Shown in pieces: positions 57,334 to 64,000 of a DNA stretch of 64,000 bases. Location of the stretch: NCBI GenBank assembly GCA_049511715.1, contig JBEKXU010000002.1:100994-164993 (forward strand). Reading direction: 5' to 3'. The stretch comes from Anaerolineales bacterium (GTDB lineage: Bacteria > Chloroflexota > Anaerolineae > Anaerolineales > RBG-16-64-43). The translations under genes were made by a program, and so were the position numbers. The notes under the pieces were generated by a model that worked only from the letters and a program-made list of their open reading frames with translations, had not been told where the DNA came from and made no database searches. Numbering within the stretch: the first letter of the stretch is position 1; each line of letters begins with the position of its first letter.

Positions 57334-58488
57334 TTGATGAATCGAACCGTCGAGATCGTAGGAGTGGGATGGAGCGGCTTTCGATCCATTACGCCTGACC
57401 AGTCGTACAAGGAACTTATTTTTGAGGCCGCGACGCGCGCCTATGCCGATGCAGGCATCGATCCCCGCTATGACGTTCAAGGATTTGTTACCGCTGCGGA
57501 GGACTACCACGAGGGGACCAGCATCTATGATGAGTACACCCCCGATCAGCTCGGTGCAGCCCAGAGGCCTATGCACACGATCGCGGGCGACGGCTTGCAT
57601 GCGCTGGCCGCCGCCTACATGCAGATCGCCTCGGGATTGATGGATGTGGTGGTCGTCGAAGCGCACAGCAAGGCTTCCAATATCCTTTCCCTGCCTCACA
57701 TCACCGCGTTCGCAGAGGACCCAACCTTCGAACGTCCTCTGGCTCTGCACCCCATTGCGCTGGCGGGTCTGGAAATGCAAGCGTTGATCAATTCAGGGCG
57801 GATCACAGAGGAAGAGTGCGCCGGAGTTGTGGTCAAGAATAGGCGCAACGCAACGCGCAACCCATCGGCCGCTCATGGAATTGAGGTCACCAGCAAGGAT
57901 GTCCTTGCCTCGCCGCCCCTGGCCTCGCCGCTCACGAGCCTGATGGCGGCCCCCCATGCAGACGGCGCTCTGGTATTCGTCTTGGCAGACACGGAGAGGG
58001 CGCGAACTCTCAAGGGGAATCCGGTCCGTGTGCGCGGCGTGGGCTGGGCCACCGACACGCCAGCCTTGGACTCGCGGGATTGGACCGGGGGGCGTTACGC
58101 CCGCAAGGCCGCGGAGATGGCTTACCGGGTCGCTGGAATTCATACGCCCGGGCGGGAGATTGACTTCGCGGAGGTGGATGACTCCTTTGCCCACAAAGAG
58201 CTCCTCCACCTGGAGGCCCTGGACCTGGTGCCCAAGGGGCGCGCGGGCGAGTGGACCCTGCAGGGCCAAACGGCTCCTTCCGGATCGATGCCTGTCAACA
58301 TTTCCGGAGGGGCCTTGGGGGAAGGATCGCTCCTGGATGCCACCGGGCTGTCGCGCGCCTTAGAGGTGGTGCTGCAACTACGCGGCCAAGCCGGACCGCG
58401 GCAACTTCCTCATGTCACCACCGGATTGGCTTTTGGCTGGCGCGGACTGCCCACCACGGTAGGCGTCGCTGCCGTGCTCAGCGCGTAA
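57334..58488 (+). CDS. Thiolase-fold protein A lacking nucleophilic Cys and catalytic His
   Basis: The overall SCP-x-thiolase layout is present (VGVGWSGF.., EAHSKAS, ADGALVFVLA, NISGG). However, TIAGDG replaces CxSG and GEGSLLDATG replaces GHPxGATG. Confidence 0.75.
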   Translation: MMNRTVEIVGVGWSGFRSITPDQSYKELIFEAATRAYADAGIDPRYDVQGFVTAAEDYHEGTSIYDEYTPDQLGAAQRPMHTIAGDGLHALAAAYMQIASGLMDVVVVEAHSKASNILSLPHITAFAEDPTFERPLALHPIALAGLEMQALINSGRITEEECAGVVVKNRRNATRNPSAAHGIEVTSKDVLASPPLASPLTSLMAAPHADGALVFVLADTERARTLKGNPVRVRGVGWATDTPALDSRDWTGGRYARKAAEMAYRVAGIHTPGREIDFAEVDDSFAHKELLHLEALDLVPKGRAGEWTLQGQTAPSGSMPVNISGGALGEGSLLDATGLSRALEVVLQLRGQAGPRQLPHVTTGLAFGWRGLPTTVGVAAVLSA

Positions 58489-58499
58489 AGGAGGGTGAC

Positions 58500-59666
58500 A
58501 TGACCATGCGACGGGTGGCTGTTGTGGGGGCCGGGATGACGAAGTTTGTCCGCCGAGCACAAGAGACGGGGCGGGAACTGGCCTGGGAGGCGACGAGCAA
58601 AGCGCTCGAATCCTGTGAGATGAGCATTGACCAGATTGAGGCGGTCGTGATGGGCACGGGTCCCGATGCCTTCGATGGGGTTCACATGAAGTCAGAGTGG
58701 CTGGCGGATGGGGCTGGCGCGTGGGGCAAGCCTTGCCTGCGCGGGTATGTAGGAGGCGGAACGGGAGTCTTTGCGGCTGCCCAAGGCTGGTATCACGTGG
58801 CCTCCGGTCTGTTCGATACCTGCCTGGTAGTCTGCGAGGAAAAAATGTCGCCTGCGCAGCCCCACCCGCAGGGTGCCTTCCTGACGATCTTTGATAGCTT
58901 CATCGAGAGGCCTCTGGGGCCCAACCTGCTTTGGATCTTCGCTCTGGAGATGAATGCTTACATGCAGCGCTACGGCCTGCGTAAGGAGGACATTGCCCAG
59001 GTTGCTGTCAAGAACAAGCGCAATGCCGCCGACCACCCCGCCTCGCTCTTGGGGGATCGAAATATCACTCTCAAGGACATTCTCGAATCTGAGGTGATGG
59101 CTTGGCCGGTCCAGCGACTCGACGTCAGCCCCGTAACGGACGGAGCCGTGGCCGTGGTGCTGGCGGCCGACAATGTCGCCCGGCGAGTAACCCCCCAGCC
59201 CGTGTGGATCGAGGGCGTCGGCTGGAACCTGGACACTGCCTACTGGACCGATCGCGATCTTTCCTACCCGACCTACGTCGAGGAAGCAGCGCGGATGGCC
59301 TACCGCATGGCCGGCATCACCGAGCCGCGCCAGCAAATCCATATCGCGGAACCCTACGACCCATTTGACTACAAGGAGTTGCATCACCTCGAGGGGCTGA
59401 TGCTCTTCCCCAAAGGCAAGGCTCCCGAGGCGACCGCCTTGGGCATTACCCAGCGCAACGGCGACTTGCCGGTTTGTCCTTCGGGGGGCTTGCTCGGCGT
59501 GGGCAACCCCATAGCCGCCGCTGGCCTGATGAAGGTCGCCGAGCTCTTCTGGCAACTGCGGGGCGAGGCGGGCGGAAGACAGGTCCCTGGCGACCCGAGG
59601 CGGGGTGTCGCGCAGGCCTGGGGAGACCTGATGCAGGTGGGCACTGTTGTGGTCATGGGGAAGTGA
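58500..59666 (+). CDS. Thiolase-fold protein B lacking nucleophilic Cys and catalytic His
   Basis: AAGGAGGG SD. VAVVGAGMTKF, EEKMS, TDGAVAVVLA and CPSGG are present. However, GGGTGV replaces CxSG and GVGNPIAAAG replaces GHPxGATG. Confidence 0.75.
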   Translation: MTMRRVAVVGAGMTKFVRRAQETGRELAWEATSKALESCEMSIDQIEAVVMGTGPDAFDGVHMKSEWLADGAGAWGKPCLRGYVGGGTGVFAAAQGWYHVASGLFDTCLVVCEEKMSPAQPHPQGAFLTIFDSFIERPLGPNLLWIFALEMNAYMQRYGLRKEDIAQVAVKNKRNAADHPASLLGDRNITLKDILESEVMAWPVQRLDVSPVTDGAVAVVLAADNVARRVTPQPVWIEGVGWNLDTAYWTDRDLSYPTYVEEAARMAYRMAGITEPRQQIHIAEPYDPFDYKELHHLEGLMLFPKGKAPEATALGITQRNGDLPVCPSGGLLGVGNPIAAAGLMKVAELFWQLRGEAGGRQVPGDPRRGVAQAWGDLMQVGTVVVMGK

Positions 59667-59678
59667 GGAGGGAAGGCC

Positions 59679-60185
59679 ATGATGGATCAATGGGTCTATT
59701 CCACGACCGGGCTGCACGAGAAGGACTTCGAAACAGGGCGGGTCCTGGTGGAAACATGGAAGAGCAAGGCCGAGTACGCCTGGGACGCGGGAATTGCGAT
59801 GGGACGGTTTCTTGAAGAACTCCGCTGCGGCCGCTTGGTGGGCCGCCGCTGCAACTCCTGTCACCGCGTCCTCTTTCCGCCCAGAATGTTCTGCGAGCAG
59901 TGCTTCCGGCCGACAGCGGAATGGGTCACTCTCGCCGAGACCGGAACCGTGATGACCTATTCGATAGTCCATGTGCGCTGGGACATGGTGAGACTGAACC
60001 AGCCGCAGGTGCCGGCCGTCGTCGCGATAGATGGCGCTTCCCAAGGCATGGGGATCCTGCACCTCCTGGGAGAAGTCGTGCCCGAGAGCGTCAAGATGGG
60101 AATGCGAGTCCAGGCGGTGTGGAAGACGCCCGAAGAGCGCGAAGGGTCCATCACCGACATCCGGTATTTCAAGCCGATCAGCTGA
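59679..60185 (+). CDS. DUF35 Zn-ribbon/OB-fold protein 1
   Basis: CNSCHRVLFPPRMFCEQC plus an OB-fold tail. Confidence 0.8.
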   Translation: MMDQWVYSTTGLHEKDFETGRVLVETWKSKAEYAWDAGIAMGRFLEELRCGRLVGRRCNSCHRVLFPPRMFCEQCFRPTAEWVTLAETGTVMTYSIVHVRWDMVRLNQPQVPAVVAIDGASQGMGILHLLGEVVPESVKMGMRVQAVWKTPEEREGSITDIRYFKPIS

Positions 60186-60217
60186 CGGTTGGGCTTTGTC
60201 CCACGGGGAGGTGAGCT

Positions 60218-60697
60218 ATGGTGCCTGCGGATAGGCTGGAACACCCGACCGAGGCCAGGACCTGGAAAGGGTCCATCCCAGTTTGGCACCGCTACACGGC
60301 GGGAATTGCTGGCGAACGTTTCCTTCGCGTCCTCAAGGAACAGGGCAAGATCATGGGGGCACGTTGCGGGGCCTGTGAGGTGACTTACGTGCCGCCTCGC
60401 ATGTATTGTGAGCGCTGCCTGAAGCCTTTGCCCGACGCGAGTTGGAAAGAAGTAGGGCCGCGAGGGGAACTGGTTTCCTTCACCCGAGTCTACCTGGACC
60501 TGGATGGCGAGCAACTAAAGACTCCCCGCTGGGTGGGCTTGGTCCGCCTGGAGGGCGCTTCGGGCGTACTCCTTCATTACCTGCAACTGCCCGAAGGGGT
60601 GCCACTCCGCCCAGGGATTCAGGTTGAAGCCGTCCTCAAGCCGGCTGGAGAGCGGCGAGGTTCAATCCTGGACATAGAGCACTGGAAAGTGGTCTGA
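60218..60697 (+). CDS. DUF35 Zn-ribbon/OB-fold protein 2
   Basis: GGAGGTGAG SD. CGACEVTYVPPRMYCERC plus an OB-fold tail. Confidence 0.8.
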   Translation: MVPADRLEHPTEARTWKGSIPVWHRYTAGIAGERFLRVLKEQGKIMGARCGACEVTYVPPRMYCERCLKPLPDASWKEVGPRGELVSFTRVYLDLDGEQLKTPRWVGLVRLEGASGVLLHYLQLPEGVPLRPGIQVEAVLKPAGERRGSILDIEHWKVV

Positions 60698-60758
60698 TCC
60701 CGGGGGCCGTCCGGCCCCTGTCCGGAACGACGGCTTCGACGAAAGGAAAACGCCAAGA

Positions 60759-61115
60759 ATGGCAAAGGCCCCAGATCTCTCGTCGACGGTTTTGCTGGTC
60801 ACGCGCAACGGCATGGGGTGGGGTGACGAGAATCTGCAAAAACAGCTCTTGAAGAACTACCTGAACATGATCCTCGAAAACGGATCCTTTCCCTCCGCGA
60901 TCTGTTTTTACACCGAGGGGGTCAGACTGGTCACCGAGGGTTCCCCCGTCCTGGATGCCTTGCGGGACCTGGAGCAGAAAGGCGTGCAGTTAATTGCCTG
61001 CCGCACATGCTTGGCCTTTTATGGGCTGACCGCGAGCGTGAAAGTGGGAGTCGTCGGGGGACTCGGTGACATCCTTGAGGCCGAAGGTCTCGCGCAGAAA
61101 GTGATCCCGCTTTGA
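60759..61115 (+). CDS. DsrE-fold protein (YedF C-terminal-domain-like)
   Basis: VLLVTRNGMGWGDENL..., ICFYTEGV, and IACRTCLAFYGL as the conserved CxxC-proximal motif. Confidence 0.5.
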   Translation: MAKAPDLSSTVLLVTRNGMGWGDENLQKQLLKNYLNMILENGSFPSAICFYTEGVRLVTEGSPVLDALRDLEQKGVQLIACRTCLAFYGLTASVKVGVVGGLGDILEAEGLAQKVIPL

Positions 61116-61147
61116 GCAAGGGCGCCGGGGCCTGACATGGCAAGAAA

Positions 61148-61645
61148 ATGAAGATGAACCATTGGCTGATGCAGCTTGCGGGGAGACCGCTTAGGACGAG
61201 CGGCATGCTCGTCCTTGCCCTGGGGCTGGTCAGCTGCGGCTACAGCCCAAAGAGCCCCAACAGCCTGCTGGCTGCGCAGAACGGGAGTTCCGGGGATACA
61301 GCCTCGCCCCTGGCGGATGAGGCGACGGTGCTGCAAGTGTTTCTCCCGGGGGGAGGGTCGATCCCCTTCACCCTGCGCCAGCTTCGGGTCCTTCCCCAAG
61401 CCACACTGGATGTCCCCGGGGGGCAGCTCAGCGGACCTCCGCTGGAGGAGATCCTGCAGGCGACGGGGGTAGGAGACTACAGGACGGTCACGTTGGTGGG
61501 GAAGGAATCGGTCCGCCTCTCTAGCCTGGATGTCTCGCCGCAAGTCATTCTCCGTTTGACCAGTCAGGGCACCTTGGATTTGGCGGGGGCGAACATCCCC
61601 CATGCCGATTGGGTCAGGGATGTGCACGAGATTTACGTCCACTGA
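61148..61645 (+). CDS. Hypothetical lipoprotein
   Basis: The lipobox is MLVLALGLVSCG. I did not recognise any family. Confidence 0.5.
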   Translation: MKMNHWLMQLAGRPLRTSGMLVLALGLVSCGYSPKSPNSLLAAQNGSSGDTASPLADEATVLQVFLPGGGSIPFTLRQLRVLPQATLDVPGGQLSGPPLEEILQATGVGDYRTVTLVGKESVRLSSLDVSPQVILRLTSQGTLDLAGANIPHADWVRDVHEIYVH

Positions 61646-62222
61646 CCGCGCCGAGCGGAGGGTGGCCGTCTCCCCGGCCCGTGGTTCGCGAGACCGACCC
61701 GGCGGGACGTCGCCAGGTAATTGACCCCGTTCAAGATGTGAGGAGCCCCCTCGAAATGGGGGGAGGCTTCTCCTGCCCCACGGCCGCGCTGCGGAAGCAC
61801 GACGAAGCAAGATCTCAAATTGGGTGTAGGGTAGTTCCCGATTGTGTGGGCCAAGCTGGCCCCGTGGCCGAACCTCGCGACCGGTCCGGGGCGCATAGGA
61901 GGAGCCCATCGGGACTGCGTAACGTGGCTCCAGCTTCTGAAAGGCGTCGGATTCCCGAAGCCTTGGCTTGGAGGCTCGAAAGCGACATGCTCTTGGGCGT
62001 CCCGGTTTCCTTTGCATTGGGGCCTGCGCCAGGAGCAGGAGCCCAGCTTCCAGCAGGGGTCAATCGCGCTTGAGTACGGAATCCCTCGTGCACACGGTTA
62101 CGTGGGCGGATCCCCGCACGCGTGGTTCCGCCGCAGAGGCAGGACCGGCTCTGTGGGCCTGGAACCGACAGAGTCGACCTCTCTCCGTTTGGCCCAGACA
62201 ACTGGAAACGGAATGAGTACAG

Positions 62223-63896
62223 CTAGGGCTTGCGCGAGACCAGGTAAATCGCGCCGTCATCAAATCGGTCGACTTGCTGAAAACTGGCCACGCGTTGCAA
62301 GTCGTTGAGAGCATACAGGTAGTGTCTATCGGTGATCTTGTCAAACCAGATGAGGTAAGAGGCGCTTGGCCCGGGCCATAGGTCACTGACCTGGGACAGA
62401 TCCTGGGCGACGGGGCTGGAAGCCGGGATCTCGCCACTGGTGTCAATCGTCTTGAGCGGACTCAATTTGCTTTGGAGATGAACCAGGATATAGAGCACGT
62501 CCGGTCCGTTGCTGTAGATGGCCTGGGAGGCTGGTAGAGGGTGGTGCTGCAGATATTGGACGGTTGGGCTCTCTCTCCAGAGCCGACCGCTATATCCCCA
62601 GCCCTGGTCCAGACCCGTTCGGACGTCCGCCCGGATCGTGCGCAAAGGATAGAGTAGCCAAATGCCGACAAGGAGAACCGCGAGCGTGCCCGGAAATCTG
62701 GGGGTGAGCCCTTGGCCGATCGGCGCGAGTAATTGATCGGCAAGTATGAGTACGAGGAGAGTTAAAGGAACATAGATAGGCGATAGCAACCGATCCTTGA
62801 GCGGGCTGACCTCGGTGGTCACTGAGGAAATCACCATGAAGGCTAGATAGCTCACGACGAAGAGAAGGACCGGGGCGGCCTTTGCGATTTCGGGTCGCAG
62901 GGCTCGGACCGTTGCCCAGCCACCTCGGAAACGGAACCCCGCCAGAAAGCCAATTGCTAGCGCAAGAAGGAAAAGGACGGCGCGGCTCCCAAGGATTGCG
63001 CTGGGGAGGTACCAAGCCGTGAGGGTCTCGAATGTAACTTTGAGAATCTGGATCAGGCCATAAGCGGCTGGAGCTCGCGGGCCAAGAAACGCGCCAGAAA
63101 CATCATGGTTGCGCACCAGCCAAAGGGCGACGGGAAGAATGGAGATAAAGCCAAAGACGATGGCATGAACTATTCTGAGTTTCAACTTTTCGTTTTCGAG
63201 GAGCAGAACAGTTACCCCCTCAGCCAGGATCAAAGTGATCCCGACGTAACGAGTCATACACGCCAGGGCCGCGGAAAGGATCAGGACGGCAAAGCAGACT
63301 CCGCTTTTGTTCTGGAGCCACAATGTCAAGCCTAGGAGAGACAGCACGGTCAGGAAGATGAAGAGCGGCTCGGAATAGGCCATTACGGAAACACCGAACA
63401 GCGCCGGTGAAGCCAGAATGCAGGCTGCCCCAAGCAGCCCGTAAACGCGCGCCCGGCCTAACAAGGTTGAGAGCAGCCATCCCGAGACGTAGATCGTAAG
63501 GCCAAGAATGAGGGCATTGACGACGCGGGTTGATGTAAGTGGATCGACTCCCAGTAGGCGGTCGACCATGGCAAGGACGAAGGGATAGAAGGGCGGTTGC
63601 AAGACCAGCGGGTTTCCGCCGTAAGAAACAGCCCCGAGGCCGTGCGCTATGTTCCTCGCGGTCCCTATGTATGCCACGCTGTCGGGATCCAATCCTGCCC
63701 CGTAGGACCTTGTGGACAGGAGGACGAGGACGGCACCCGCCGCGCCCAACAAGCCGAAGACGACGTGGTTGATTACCGCGAGCCAAATGGGCTTCAAGGA
63801 TTTCACTGCTTCTCGAGCCTCCTTCGGAAGATGCCTAGGGCGAACTTCACTCGCTTTCTGTCGGCCAGAGCTCGCCCGCCTCTCTGAAACCGCCAA
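62223..63896 (-). CDS. GT-C-fold membrane glycosyltransferase (ArnT/PMT-like) with C-terminal soluble domain
   Basis: About 11 predicted TM helices. An acidic first-loop motif follows TM1 (GAGLDPDSVAYIGTARNI). The soluble tail is ~110 aa. Confidence 0.5.
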   Translation of the reverse strand: MAVSERRASSGRQKASEVRPRHLPKEAREAVKSLKPIWLAVINHVVFGLLGAAGAVLVLLSTRSYGAGLDPDSVAYIGTARNIAHGLGAVSYGGNPLVLQPPFYPFVLAMVDRLLGVDPLTSTRVVNALILGLTIYVSGWLLSTLLGRARVYGLLGAACILASPALFGVSVMAYSEPLFIFLTVLSLLGLTLWLQNKSGVCFAVLILSAALACMTRYVGITLILAEGVTVLLLENEKLKLRIVHAIVFGFISILPVALWLVRNHDVSGAFLGPRAPAAYGLIQILKVTFETLTAWYLPSAILGSRAVLFLLALAIGFLAGFRFRGGWATVRALRPEIAKAAPVLLFVVSYLAFMVISSVTTEVSPLKDRLLSPIYVPLTLLVLILADQLLAPIGQGLTPRFPGTLAVLLVGIWLLYPLRTIRADVRTGLDQGWGYSGRLWRESPTVQYLQHHPLPASQAIYSNGPDVLYILVHLQSKLSPLKTIDTSGEIPASSPVAQDLSQVSDLWPGPSASYLIWFDKITDRHYLYALNDLQRVASFQQVDRFDDGAIYLVSRKP

Positions 63897-64000
63897 TCCA
63901 GCTCTGAAGAGACAGAATGAGCAGCACCGTCTTCACCTTTGTCGATCGCATGGTTCGTGTCAAAACCTGCCGCCGGCCAGCTTGCCTGGTTGCCTCGCGC

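Noticed and set aside
61646-62222. ORFs in the 580-nt gap between the lipoprotein gene and the GT-C gene (61609-62073, 61844-62308 and others).
   Set aside because: They are mutually overlapping, Arg/Gly/Pro-rich, and have no SD or motifs. They are treated as non-coding.

Overview
This is a high-GC (about 62-65% by hand count on sample lines) bacterial chromosomal segment, densely coded on both strands. All calls come from reading the ORF translations and DNA by eye. No database or HMM search was run, and many start codons are inferred.

Gene content suggests a Chloroflexota-like organism: an archaeal-type mevalonate upper pathway, many LysM proteins with Pro/Thr linkers, and groESL with a CIRCE operator. 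That placement is inference only.

Recognisable content:
- **Proteases and envelope:** HtrA tail, GT2 synthase, S41 peptidase, three LysM proteins.
- **Signalling:** a histidine kinase / OmpR-type regulator pair.
- **Mevalonate block:** thiolase, DUF35, HMG-CoA synthase and HMG-CoA reductase.
- **Stress and chaperones:** hsp20, groES/groEL with promoter, CIRCE and terminator.
- **Sugar and lipid enzymes:** GH1 and GH5 hydrolases, GNAT, plsC.
- **Housekeeping:** queG, polA, etfBA plus acyl-CoA dehydrogenase, an ABC exporter, and rpmF-fabD-fabG-asp23-nusB.
- **Conserved, function unknown:** a B12/radical-SAM protein plus its DUF2344 partner.
- **Mobile DNA:** an intact IS630 element at a CTAG target.

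Most interesting candidates:
1. **14.5-17.9 kb.** A SipW-type S26 signal peptidase is fused in one polypeptide to a 4-TM body and a partly degenerate EAL (c-di-GMP) domain. It is bracketed by two small secreted proteins that share a leader/junction motif, and one carries RTX-type repeats.
2. **33.8-35.4 kb.** A response regulator carries a C-terminal domain that looks like a catalytically dead IS200/IS605 (HUH/Y1) transposase fold. It sits directly upstream of polA.
3. **57.3-60.7 kb.** Two thiolase-fold proteins that both lack the nucleophilic Cys and the catalytic His are paired with two DUF35 proteins.
4. **47.5-54.0 kb.** A compositional island starts at the IS630 and contains two low-GC, nearly ORF-free stretches, an atypical LuxR regulator and two leaderless trypsin-like proteases.
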